From NCBI GenBank assembly GCA_002840365.1, contig PHAO01000001.1, positions 239,242 through 303,241 of the forward strand: a stretch of DNA of 64,000 bases. Reading direction: 5' to 3'. Made by a program: the position numbers and the translations under genes. Numbering within the stretch: position 1 is the stretch's first letter; each line of letters begins with the position of its first letter. Shown piece after piece: positions 10,782 through 19,625 of this stretch. The notes beneath the pieces were generated by a model, which worked only from the letters and a program-made list of their open reading frames with translations, did not search any database and was not told where the DNA came from. The stretch comes from Candidatus Dojkabacteria bacterium HGW-Dojkabacteria-1 (lineage in GTDB: Bacteria > Patescibacteriota > Dojkabacteria > SC72).

Positions 10782-12845
10782 ATGAGAATTAAAACTGCCA
10801 TATTACAATTCTGTCTTCTTGTATCTCTTTTTCTTTTTGTTCCCAATATATATGCTCAATTACAAGAAGATGTTGTTGTTACAGCAAATATTAATGTAGA
10901 TTTTTACTCCACAGTAAATGTTAATCCTTCAACGGTAGAAATATTTCAACCTAGTATCGTAGAGATAAGGGTACTTAATCCTAATGGTCAGGGTATACCT
11001 GGAAGACAGATAGTGATTGTTGCTCCTGGATTAAATATTACCCAACCTATTACACTTACTGATGCAACTGGTAGGACAACAGGTTCTGTCTCTAGTGGTA
11101 CTGCAGGAACATATACTGTCTGTGCAAAGGATACTACCTTTGGCTATGACATTGATATACAAAACTGTAAAACCTTGTATGTAATTCCTGTACCAGTTCC
11201 AAGTATGCTTCCTGAGCCACAGTATACAAAGGGTTTAACTAATACTGTTTTATGGCAAAGTTTAGGTACTGCATATAGGTACAATGTTCAGGTTAGTGAA
11301 TTTTCAAACTTTAGCGTAATTAAGCAGGAGTCAGGAGTTATTAATGCTACATCTTTTGAGTTTACAAATCTTGAAAATGGAAAGATGTACTTTTACAGAG
11401 TAAGGGCTCAAAATCTCTTTGGTGGTATAGGTGGGTGGTCTAATTCTGTATATAGTGTTCAAGATGCACAAAATCCATCTATCTCCATATTAGATATTGG
11501 TGGTGTTGGAGAAAATACTACTAACAATTGGAGTAGTAGTTTTACAATTACAATGCTTTTCAGGGTTACAGATAACCTGCAATTAGCTAGTACTCAATTC
11601 ATATGTCTTAATTCCCAAGGTAATTCATATCCTTGTACAAATAGCTCTAATCAAGAAGGAGATATATTTACTGTAAATATTAGGTTAGGTGATTTAGAGA
11701 GAATCTCAGGTACATTCCTAAGGCAGAGATATGAGTTCTGTGTAGAGGCCGTAGATGGTGCTACAAATGTTCAAAGGTTGTGTAATATATATATTGATAT
11801 TCCTCCGGGTGAAGAGGTTGTAGAGCCTCCTGTAGTCCCTCCAATTATCAAACGAGTAGAGAAGGTAATAGAGGATATTAATGTAATATTAGATGATACT
11901 GTTGGTAAGTTAGATCCTAAGGATTTGGATAGGGTAACTACAACTACTTCTGTTGTTACTGCTACTTCCGCAATCGCTATTGCTGCTGGTGGTTTAGGTA
12001 GTCTTCCATATTTCCTTCTTCAGCTATTCCTTAATCTTCTTTCTTTACTTGGATTTAGAAAGGGTGCTAAGCCTGTTGGTTTTGTATATGACTCTGTTAC
12101 TAAAGAGCCAATTTCTCAAGCTATTGTTAGAATCTTTAATGAAGAGAGTCGTATTGTATGGTCAGATGTAACTGATGGTAAAGGATATTTTACGGCTAGA
12201 TTAAAGGATGGTAAGTACAAGATTGTAGTAAGAGCGCCAAGATATATATATCCTTCTACTGTAGTATTTGGTAAAGAAGATTATCCTGTTACCAATGTCT
12301 ATCATGGTGAAGAGTTTGTTGTATCAAGTGAGACAGAAATCAATTTTGCTATTCCTCTTGATCCAATGGAAACATCAAAGTTAAGACTTAGATTAGAAGG
12401 TTTCTGGACTAGAGTTAGGTTCATAGTGAACATTTTACATGTTCTTCTTTTCCTTGCTGGTATTACTTTAGCTTTCTATACATATTACAATTCACCGTCT
12501 GTTCTTTCATTGGTAGTACTTCTTCTGTTTGTTCCAACTTTCTTCTTCATATTAAGAAATATCTTCTTACACAGGGACAGGTATGGATTTGTTTTAGACA
12601 AAGCAAAGAATCGTTTGGAGGGAGTAGTCATTGGTCTAAGAGAGTCTGAGTTTGACAAGATTGTTGCAAAGAGAGTAACAGATGTAAGAGGTAGGTATAG
12701 GTTCCTTGCTGATGAGGGTAGATATTACATTGAGATTTTAGATACTGGTTACAAGGTAGAGAGTATTAAGGGTGGTAATGAGGTATATGTTAAGAAGGAG
12801 ATGTTGGTTACAAGGGATATTGTTCTTACAAGGTTATCTAAGTAG
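10782..12845 (+). CDS. Secreted Ig-like/FN3 surface protein with C-terminal membrane module
   Basis: Signal peptide; TDATG Ig-like domain; FN3 YFYRVRAQN; C-terminal G.VYDS.T..PI.QAIVRI module with TM helices. Confidence 0.75.
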   Translation: MRIKTAILQFCLLVSLFLFVPNIYAQLQEDVVVTANINVDFYSTVNVNPSTVEIFQPSIVEIRVLNPNGQGIPGRQIVIVAPGLNITQPITLTDATGRTTGSVSSGTAGTYTVCAKDTTFGYDIDIQNCKTLYVIPVPVPSMLPEPQYTKGLTNTVLWQSLGTAYRYNVQVSEFSNFSVIKQESGVINATSFEFTNLENGKMYFYRVRAQNLFGGIGGWSNSVYSVQDAQNPSISILDIGGVGENTTNNWSSSFTITMLFRVTDNLQLASTQFICLNSQGNSYPCTNSSNQEGDIFTVNIRLGDLERISGTFLRQRYEFCVEAVDGATNVQRLCNIYIDIPPGEEVVEPPVVPPIIKRVEKVIEDINVILDDTVGKLDPKDLDRVTTTTSVVTATSAIAIAAGGLGSLPYFLLQLFLNLLSLLGFRKGAKPVGFVYDSVTKEPISQAIVRIFNEESRIVWSDVTDGKGYFTARLKDGKYKIVVRAPRYIYPSTVVFGKEDYPVTNVYHGEEFVVSSETEINFAIPLDPMETSKLRLRLEGFWTRVRFIVNILHVLLFLAGITLAFYTYYNSPSVLSLVVLLLFVPTFFFILRNIFLHRDRYGFVLDKAKNRLEGVVIGLRESEFDKIVAKRVTDVRGRYRFLADEGRYYIEILDTGYKVESIKGGNEVYVKKEMLVTRDIVLTRLSK

Positions 12846-12900
12846 TTTGTATTGAAAAATCTTTAATCTACTGGTATTATTGCGTGTTTAACACTAACGT

Positions 12901-12973
12901 GGGTGTATAGCTCAATTGGTAGAGCAAACGGCTCTTAACCGTTAGGTTCAGGGTTCGAGCCCCTGTACACCCA
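12901..12973 (+). tRNA. tRNA-Lys(CUU)
   Basis: Cloverleaf GGGTGTA/TACACCC; anticodon arm AACGG-CTCTTAA-CCGTT; CCA not encoded. Confidence 0.96.
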
Positions 12974-13099
12974 TTTTTTTGATTTTCCATATCTCATACA
13001 GAATATCTTACATCGAGTGATCCTTTGGGGTTTTATGTTAATGATTTCCCTTTCTAGTTATTGTTTAAGCACAATCTTGTAGGATTTTTTACAGGTCTA

Positions 13100-13127
13100 T
13101 ATAATATAGTGTTCTTTAACAGGTCGA
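13100..13127 (+). promoter_or_regulatory. -10 box followed by boxA-like GTTCTTTAACA and left arm of a 12-bp inverted repeat
   Basis: TATAAT 13100-13105; GTTCTTTAACA 13111-13121; TTAACAGGTCGA 13116-13127 is the reverse complement of 13378-13389. Confidence 0.65.
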
Positions 13128-13157
13128 GAAAAAAGCTACAAAGAAGAGGAGTGTAAA

Positions 13158-13367
13158 ATGGGCGATAGAAAAGTTACAAGTGAAACGGTAAAAGGATCAG
13201 AAGTGTCAGGTGGTCCAGTTCGGTATGATAGGTCTGTAACTACCAATAAAGATGGTTCAACGCACTCAACAGAATCGGTAACTACGGAAAGAAGTAGTGG
13301 AAGATTTTCGTGGGATACTGATAAGAATGGTAAAGTTACCAAAGTTCATGGAAACATGAATAAGTGA
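13158..13367 (+). CDS. Small Ser/Thr-rich hypothetical protein (69 aa)
   Basis: SD AGGAG 13147-13151, own promoter and downstream hairpin. Confidence 0.7.
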   Translation: MGDRKVTSETVKGSEVSGGPVRYDRSVTTNKDGSTHSTESVTTERSSGRFSWDTDKNGKVTKVHGNMNK

Positions 13368-13389
13368 TTTGTAAAAATCGACCTGTTAA

Positions 13390-13437
13390 TGGTAAGGAGA
13401 GATCAAAATCTCAGTATAATCTCTCCTTACCAGTTTT
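13390..13437 (+). terminator. 14-bp perfect hairpin with 15-nt loop, terminator-like
   Basis: TGGTAAGGAGAGAT 13390-13403 / ATCTCTCCTTACCA 13419-13432, followed by GTTTT. Confidence 0.7.
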
Positions 13438-13460
13438 ATCTAAATTTTCAGGTTATTAAA

Positions 13461-13697
13461 ATGACTTTTACCCATAAAAAGGATGGGAATCTTCTTTACG
13501 AGATAGAAATCACTATTAAAGCTTATACTAAGATCTCAGAAAAGGATAAAAAAAGAATCAATAAGATTGCTCTATTAATTGATGCATTAGGTTTTGAAGA
13601 AGAGAGAACAGAAAAAGCATATAGATTTGTCAAAGAGATGGAGAAGAATGAATATCTATTGGATATTGAAGATTGTACTAAGGAACAAAGTGACTAG
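13461..13697 (+). CDS. Hypothetical protein
   Basis: ORF; ATG 13461 preferred because the longer start runs through the hairpin. Confidence 0.5.
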   Translation: MTFTHKKDGNLLYEIEITIKAYTKISEKDKKRINKIALLIDALGFEEERTEKAYRFVKEMEKNEYLLDIEDCTKEQSD

Positions 13698-13779
13698 TGA
13701 ATTTATACTCTCAAGATTTTGCAAATTGTTCGACTTCTGTTCCTGTACATCCACCATTTGATTCTTGTTATACTCGTAT

Positions 13780-13886
13780 GTAGGTTGGTTGAGAGGTGGG
13801 GAAGCTCTCCTAGTTATCTTCTATAACTTGCGATGTGAAGCATCTATGGATTATGTCCTGAAGCGGTTCAAGTCCTACAACCTACA
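13780..13886 (+). ncRNA. Candidate structured ncRNA with T-loop
   Basis: Extended -10 TGtTATACT 13766-13774; closing stem TGTAGGTTG/CAACCTACA; four internal hairpins plus GG-TTCAAGT-CC. Confidence 0.5.
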
Positions 13887-14340
13887 ACAAGCAATAACTC
13901 TTCCTATCTATATATTCCTGTTCTTCTTGAAGTAGTAGATATTTGTTCTCCTGTAATTCCTTATACAGTTCTCCTCTTGTATATTCCTTTATACTTAGTG
14001 GTACCTGTTCTTTAGTACTGTACCACTCTCCACTTTTCTCTAGATATTTCCAATCAGTATTCTCAGTATCAAATTCATAGATATATACCTTTTCACCAAG
14101 ATATTCATCCTTTATCTTCCTATCTACTTTTACAGTAATGATTTCTGAGTTATTTGTAGTACTAGATGAGAATGATGATATCCCACTAAATACTGCAAAT
14201 ATCTTAGCTTTTAATTCGATATCTGTTGCAAAGATTACACCTTTTGGAGTAGGAGTAGGAAATTTATGATAGTCATCTGGGTGAACAATTTGAGGTTCAA
14301 ATGGGTTTAAGTAAAATCTACTACCTTTATATATTTTCAT
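13882..14340 (-). CDS. Hypothetical protein
   Basis: 152-aa ORF directly downstream of elp3. Confidence 0.6.
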   Translation of the reverse strand: MKIYKGSRFYLNPFEPQIVHPDDYHKFPTPTPKGVIFATDIELKAKIFAVFSGISSFSSSTTNNSEIITVKVDRKIKDEYLGEKVYIYEFDTENTDWKYLEKSGEWYSTKEQVPLSIKEYTRGELYKELQENKYLLLQEEQEYIDRKSYCLL

Positions 14341-14342
14341 TT

Positions 14343-15938
14343 CTATATATCTTTTATCATATACAATTCCATATCATCAAACCCTCTTTTTCTGTAATAT
14401 TCTTTTGTACCAATAGCTGATATTACAGAAAGCTTTTTGAATTTGTTTTTTCTAGAAATATTCTCTGCAATCTCTATCATCTTCTTACCTAATCCTAGGT
14501 GTTGTGATTCTCCAGAACTATCTTTACCAATATTTACTAAAGAGCCATATACATGTACTTCCCTTATCATTGCACTACTTTTTATCTCCTCTATGTATGA
14601 GTCTCTTTTTGGTAATGAGAGTCTGAGGAAGGAACATATTCTATCTGTTTTTTGGGTTTTGTAAGAAATGAAATACTCTGTTGAGACAGTAGTTTGGTAT
14701 TTAATAGTTTCTAGTTCTAAATCTTCCCACTTTATATCCTCATCCTTTATCTCTCTACTTCTAATATCTTGTATCTTTTTACCAACTCTCTCTATCTCTT
14801 CTTCTGCTATTTGTCTAAAGTTGGTACTTTTGTTTCCATCCACTATCTCATTAGAAGGAATATCCCTAACTATTCTTGTTAGTCTTGTATATCTTGGTGT
14901 CTTGGGTAATATTTCTACAAAGAGTTTAAGTAGCTCTTCTCTTGTATATGGTTTGTAGTTACCTTCTTTGTAATATTTCTCTAAAAGTGTATTTGCAATT
15001 ATTGATGTAGGATATATCTTAAGTTCATCTGGTATATATTCTTTCTTCCAAAGCCTATCATAGTCTTTTATATCTTCTTTTACACTTGAGCCATACAAAT
15101 TTGGCATCCAATGGGCATGTATTTTAAAACCTGCCAACCGAAGTAATTCGAAAGCCTTCTTCGTTTCTTTTGTACTGTGTCCTCTTCTATTTGATTCTAA
15201 GATATTGTCATTGAGACTCTGTATCCCTATCTGTATCTTTGTTGCACCAAGTTTTCTTAATCTAATTACTTCCTCTTCCGTTATGTAATCTGGTCTTGTT
15301 TCTAATACTAGTCCTACATTTCTACATACAGTTGTTTCATTTATTCCTTGTGCTTTATACAATTCTTCCCAAGATATTTTCTCTGTACCCGTATCTTTCT
15401 CATACTTTGTATTACCAAAGCTATTCATTCCATCGAAACATCTTTTTACAAACCAAATTATGTACTGTTCAGGATAGAAGGAGCAAGTACCACCAAGTAT
15501 AATGAGTTCTATTTTATCTGTGTTATGTCCAATGTTTTGTAATGCCTTTATACGATTGTATGTTTGGTAGTAGGGGTCAAACTCATTCTTTAATGCTCTC
15601 TGTGCTCCTGGCTCACTAGCTATATATGACTTTGGCATTCTTACATCACTTGGACAGAATATACATTGCCCAGGGCATGCAAAGGGTTTCATAAGGACTG
15701 TTACTGTTGCTACACCAGATTGAGTTCTAGTTGGTTTCATCCTTATTCTTTCTTCTATTATTTTGTTTACTTCTATTTCTTTCTTTTTGAGTAATGTTTT
15801 GTATGCTTCTACTAGTTCATCATGTCTGTAAAGCCCTTTTCCCTCTTTTGGATATTTCTTAAGTATGGTTTGAAGGGAGTTTTCTCTCCATGTTTTAGTA
15901 TTTTGTATTTGTTCAAATATTTCTTTGAAATTTTGCAT
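14343..15938 (-). CDS. elp3: Elp3-type radical SAM/acetyltransferase (tRNA U34 modification)
   Basis: TRTQSGVA, CPGQCIFC, MPKSY, ETRPD, LKIYP, IREVHVYG, QHLGLGK, ISAIGTKEYY. Confidence 0.92.
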   Translation of the reverse strand: MQNFKEIFEQIQNTKTWRENSLQTILKKYPKEGKGLYRHDELVEAYKTLLKKKEIEVNKIIEERIRMKPTRTQSGVATVTVLMKPFACPGQCIFCPSDVRMPKSYIASEPGAQRALKNEFDPYYQTYNRIKALQNIGHNTDKIELIILGGTCSFYPEQYIIWFVKRCFDGMNSFGNTKYEKDTGTEKISWEELYKAQGINETTVCRNVGLVLETRPDYITEEEVIRLRKLGATKIQIGIQSLNDNILESNRRGHSTKETKKAFELLRLAGFKIHAHWMPNLYGSSVKEDIKDYDRLWKKEYIPDELKIYPTSIIANTLLEKYYKEGNYKPYTREELLKLFVEILPKTPRYTRLTRIVRDIPSNEIVDGNKSTNFRQIAEEEIERVGKKIQDIRSREIKDEDIKWEDLELETIKYQTTVSTEYFISYKTQKTDRICSFLRLSLPKRDSYIEEIKSSAMIREVHVYGSLVNIGKDSSGESQHLGLGKKMIEIAENISRKNKFKKLSVISAIGTKEYYRKRGFDDMELYMIKDI

Positions 15939-15951
15939 CGTGTATTATACT

Positions 15952-16013
15952 GGTAAACCCTAGTCTAACAGAAGAGCTTTATGTAGAGGTTTTTTAGTAG
16001 ACTAGGGTCTACT
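15952..16013. repeat. Second pair of 18-bp palindromes starting 44 bp apart, upstream of elp3
   Basis: 15996-16013 agtagactagggtctact; 15952-15969 ggtaaaccctagtctaac. Confidence 0.75.
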
Positions 16014-17228
16014 TCTTGCGGCAGTAATTCCTGTACTCCAACATATTTGTAAGTTGTATCCTCCTGTTGGGCCATAGACATCTATTATCTCTCCTGCAAA
16101 GTAGAGGTTATCTATGAGTTTGGATTTCATAGTTTTAGGATCTATTTCCTTTATACTTACTCCTCCACTAGTTACGATTGCCTTGTCCCAGCTTTCTAGT
16201 CCTGATACTGTTAATTTGAAATCCTTAAGTAAGTCTATTATGGTATTCCTTTGTTCCCTGTTTATATCACATGCTTGAGTTGAGGGGGGTATTTGAGAAA
16301 GATCTACAACGATGGGGATTAGAGAAGATGGAAGGTAGCTTTTAAGTAGGGTTCTTAAGTTTTTTCTACCACTTTCTTTTAAATCATGTTGCAACCTTTT
16401 GTCTAATTCTTCCTTTGGTATTGCTGGTTTAAAATCTATACTGATATTTACTTCCCCTTTTTCAAGTGCATCTCCAATCTCTCTAGACATATCAATCACT
16501 ATCGGACCACTTAATCCTTCGTGTGTGAAAAGGGCTTCTCCAAATTTACTACATACCTTTTTCTCATTTTGATATGCAGAAATAGTAACGTATTTAAGAG
16601 ATAGTCCTGCTAATTCTTTTACATATTTTTCTTTACAAAGTATTGGTACTAGAGCTGGTTTAAGCTCTGTAATTGTATGCCCTATTTCTTTTGCTAGAGT
16701 ATATCCATCTCCATTTGATCCTGTTACTGGGTATGTTTTTCCTCCTGTTGCAAGAATATATTTTTTTGCTTTGAAGTCTCCCTTGTATGTAGTTACCGAT
16801 GAGATTGTATTTCCATCCATATTGAATTTCATTACTGAAGTATTTGGTAATATGTTTTCTCCTACCTGTTCAGTTAATGCATATATGATGTCTACAGCCT
16901 TATCACTTTTAGGAAATACTCTTTTTCCTCTTTCTACCTTTAAGGGTATCTTAAGTATATCTTTGAAATATTTCATAGTATCTTCTACTGAAAATCTTGA
17001 AAAAGCTCCGTAGAGAAATTTTCCATTTCTTTGATATTTGGAGACTAAATCATCAAGATTTGTATTATGGTTTGTTACATTACATCTTCCTTTACCAGTA
17101 ATTACTAACTTTTTCCCTGGTCTCGGATTTCTTTCTATGATTAAGAATGATTGTCCTAATCTTTTACACTCAACTCCTGCGATGAGTCCTGCTGCTCCCC
17201 CTCCAATTATTATTGTGTCATATGTCAT
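16002..17228 (-). CDS. HI0933/YhiN/BaiN family flavoprotein
   Basis: IIGGGAAG, GKKLVITGKGRCNVTN, LATGG...GSNGDGY, VTSGGV, GGYNLQ. Confidence 0.93.
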   Translation of the reverse strand: MTYDTIIIGGGAAGLIAGVECKRLGQSFLIIERNPRPGKKLVITGKGRCNVTNHNTNLDDLVSKYQRNGKFLYGAFSRFSVEDTMKYFKDILKIPLKVERGKRVFPKSDKAVDIIYALTEQVGENILPNTSVMKFNMDGNTISSVTTYKGDFKAKKYILATGGKTYPVTGSNGDGYTLAKEIGHTITELKPALVPILCKEKYVKELAGLSLKYVTISAYQNEKKVCSKFGEALFTHEGLSGPIVIDMSREIGDALEKGEVNISIDFKPAIPKEELDKRLQHDLKESGRKNLRTLLKSYLPSSLIPIVVDLSQIPPSTQACDINREQRNTIIDLLKDFKLTVSGLESWDKAIVTSGGVSIKEIDPKTMKSKLIDNLYFAGEIIDVYGPTGGYNLQICWSTGITAARSRP

Positions 17229-17299
17229 TGTCTATTATACAATTGCCTGTAATTAATATATATATTAAAATCTACAAATTAACTTGTATTGATACATGC

Positions 17300-17896
17300 A
17301 TGCTAGCTAAAAACAAAGAGAAGACACTTGTAGTATTTAAACCAGATGTTGTTCAAAGGCAGATAGTTGGAGAGATTGTAAGTAGGTTCGAGAGAAAGGG
17401 TTTTAAACTTGTAGGAATGAAGATGTTAATACCTAGTAAAGAATTAGTAGGTAAGCATTATGAAGACAAGAAAGAATATCTAATGGAAACAGGAGAGAAG
17501 GCTAAAAAGGGTGCTATCGCAAGAGGAGAGGATGTAAGTGATTGGAACAGTTTGGAAAGGGGTAGGTGGATTAGAGAATCAAATATTAACTATCTTACGT
17601 GTGGTCCTGTTATAGCGATTGTTCTTCAAGGTTTTGGAGTTATTTCAGGAGTCAGAAAGATGCTTGGTAGTACAAGCCCAGCTGATGGTGATGTAGGTAC
17701 AATTAGGGCAGATTTTTCTTTAGATTCATTTGCATTAGCAGATGAGCAAGGGAGAGTTACAAGGAGTATGGTTCATGCTTCAGATAGTGTTGAGAATGCT
17801 GAAAGGGAAATTGGCCTATGGTTTAATGCTACTGAGATTTCTGAGTATGAGACTGCTGCAGAGAAAATCTTCTATGATGTAGGTTGGAGTAATTAG
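17300..17896 (+). CDS. ndk: Nucleoside diphosphate kinase
   Basis: EKTLVVFKPD, GPVIA, GTIRADF, VHASDS; start reassigned to ATG 17300. Confidence 0.93.
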   Translation: MLAKNKEKTLVVFKPDVVQRQIVGEIVSRFERKGFKLVGMKMLIPSKELVGKHYEDKKEYLMETGEKAKKGAIARGEDVSDWNSLERGRWIRESNINYLTCGPVIAIVLQGFGVISGVRKMLGSTSPADGDVGTIRADFSLDSFALADEQGRVTRSMVHASDSVENAEREIGLWFNATEISEYETAAEKIFYDVGWSN

Positions 17897-18546
17897 AGTT
17901 TAAGAAGGTCATCAACAAGGTTTTGTTTTTCTGTACTTAAGGTTGTATCTATTTCTTCAGATTCAAACTTTTGTATTTGTATTTTTCCATCTAGGAAATT
18001 TTTTAGTCTTTCGAAGTCTTTTTTTAAAGTAGATTTAAGAGTAGGGTTATACAAAGCTACAGCTGGATGATACATTGCAAATATTGGTATACCCGTACTA
18101 TGTTCATATGCTTGTCCATGAGCAAGTGAGATTTTCAAATCAGGTATGAATCGCTCTAATGCATGTTTACCAAGAGGAATAATGACCTTTGGCTTTATAT
18201 GTAACAATTCAGCATTTACCCATGTTCTACAAGCATCTTTTTCTTCAGGAAGGGGGTCTCTGTTATTAGGGGGTCTGTATTTAACTACATTTGTGACATA
18301 TACATCTTCTCTTTTGTATCCAATATTACTTAGTAATTGATCTAGTAATTTCCCCGCTGCTCCTACAAATGGTTTTCCTTCTTTGTCTTCATTTAAACCA
18401 GGGGCTTCCCCTATGAACACTATTCCGGACTTTGGTTTTTGTGTTTCATATACTGGTTGTGTAGCACTTCTTTTTAGAATACACCTGTTATGTACTGCGA
18501 AGTACTCATGTATTTCTTTCAGTGATTTAAAGTCTTCTATTTTCAT
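17893..18546 (-). CDS. Uracil-DNA glycosylase, family 4
   Basis: GEAPGLNED..GKPFVGAAG, RPPNNRDP, YHPA. Confidence 0.92.
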   Translation of the reverse strand: MKIEDFKSLKEIHEYFAVHNRCILKRSATQPVYETQKPKSGIVFIGEAPGLNEDKEGKPFVGAAGKLLDQLLSNIGYKREDVYVTNVVKYRPPNNRDPLPEEKDACRTWVNAELLHIKPKVIIPLGKHALERFIPDLKISLAHGQAYEHSTGIPIFAMYHPAVALYNPTLKSTLKKDFERLKNFLDGKIQIQKFESEEIDTTLSTEKQNLVDDLLKL

Positions 18547-18617
18547 CTCCCCATTATACCAATTAAGATTGAGTAAGTTTTGTAGTATAATGGGCGAGTT
18601 AATTGTATATTTTTAAT

Positions 18618-19625
18618 ATGGAAAATACAGATTACAAAGTACAAGTTTTTACAGGGATTAGGCCCTCTGGTGGTTTAACTATTGCTAATGCAATTGGTGC
18701 TGTTAATCCCATTGTAAAGATACAAGAGGAAGAAGAGGTTGGTAATACAATGGTCTTTGTTGCAGATTTGCATGCCTTAACTGATGCTGAACCAAAAGAA
18801 ACTCAAAGTAACATTGTTGATGTCGTAAAGGATTACATCTCTTTGGGTTTGGATGTAAACAGAAACAGAATCTTTGTGCAGTCTTTTCTTACTCAAGAGA
18901 TAGCTGAATTGAACTTGTATCTTTCAAGACTTGTCACTATTGCAGAATTAATGAGAGTACCTACATTAAAAGAAAAGATTAAGAAGGGACAAAACGAGAG
19001 TAATGCTAGTGCATTACTTGCAATGTACCCTATTATGATGGCTTCAGATATTCTTTTACAAAAATCTGAATATGTTCCTGTTGGTGAGGATCAGGTTGCC
19101 CATATTGAAATTACTAGAGTATTGGCTCAGAAGTTTAACAAAAAATATGGAAATGTATTCCCTCTTCCTAAGGTATTGTCTTTGGGTAAGCCTGTAAGGA
19201 TTAAGTCTTTGACTGGTAATGGAAAGATGAGTAAAACAGATCCTAGTGGAGCAATTCTACTAGATGATCCGATTGAGATATCTTTAAACAAGGTAAAGAG
19301 AGCTCAAAGTGCTTTTGCCAAAGAGAAGTCAGAGAGTTTAGATTCTTTGGTATTGATAGGGGAGTTTGTTGGAAACGAAAAAGAGAGAGAAGAAATACTA
19401 TCCATTATGAAAAGACACTATGATGGTGAGAATGTAATGGGTGAGCTAAAGGGTGTAATTTCTACTGGCTTAGAAAGATTTTTAAAGGAGTTTCAAGAGA
19501 AGAAAGCATCTTTGAAAGAGGAGGATATTCTCAAGAAGGTAAAAATAGATGGTGATATAGCAAGAGAGAATGCTAAAGAGACATTAAGAGATGTTAGGAA
19601 AGCAATGGGATTGGAATATTTTTAA
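18618..19625 (+). CDS. trpS: Tryptophan--tRNA ligase
   Basis: TGIRPSG, ADLHALT, YPIMMASDIL, VPVGEDQ, KMSK. Confidence 0.93.
   Translation: MENTDYKVQVFTGIRPSGGLTIANAIGAVNPIVKIQEEEEVGNTMVFVADLHALTDAEPKETQSNIVDVVKDYISLGLDVNRNRIFVQSFLTQEIAELNLYLSRLVTIAELMRVPTLKEKIKKGQNESNASALLAMYPIMMASDILLQKSEYVPVGEDQVAHIEITRVLAQKFNKKYGNVFPLPKVLSLGKPVRIKSLTGNGKMSKTDPSGAILLDDPIEISLNKVKRAQSAFAKEKSESLDSLVLIGEFVGNEKEREEILSIMKRHYDGENVMGELKGVISTGLERFLKEFQEKKASLKEEDILKKVKIDGDIARENAKETLRDVRKAMGLEYF

Noticed and set aside
15952-16013. Integron attC reading of the palindrome pair (GTCTAAC fits RYYYAAC)
   Set aside because: No matching GTTRRRY at the other end, flanking genes are housekeeping, and no integrase is present.
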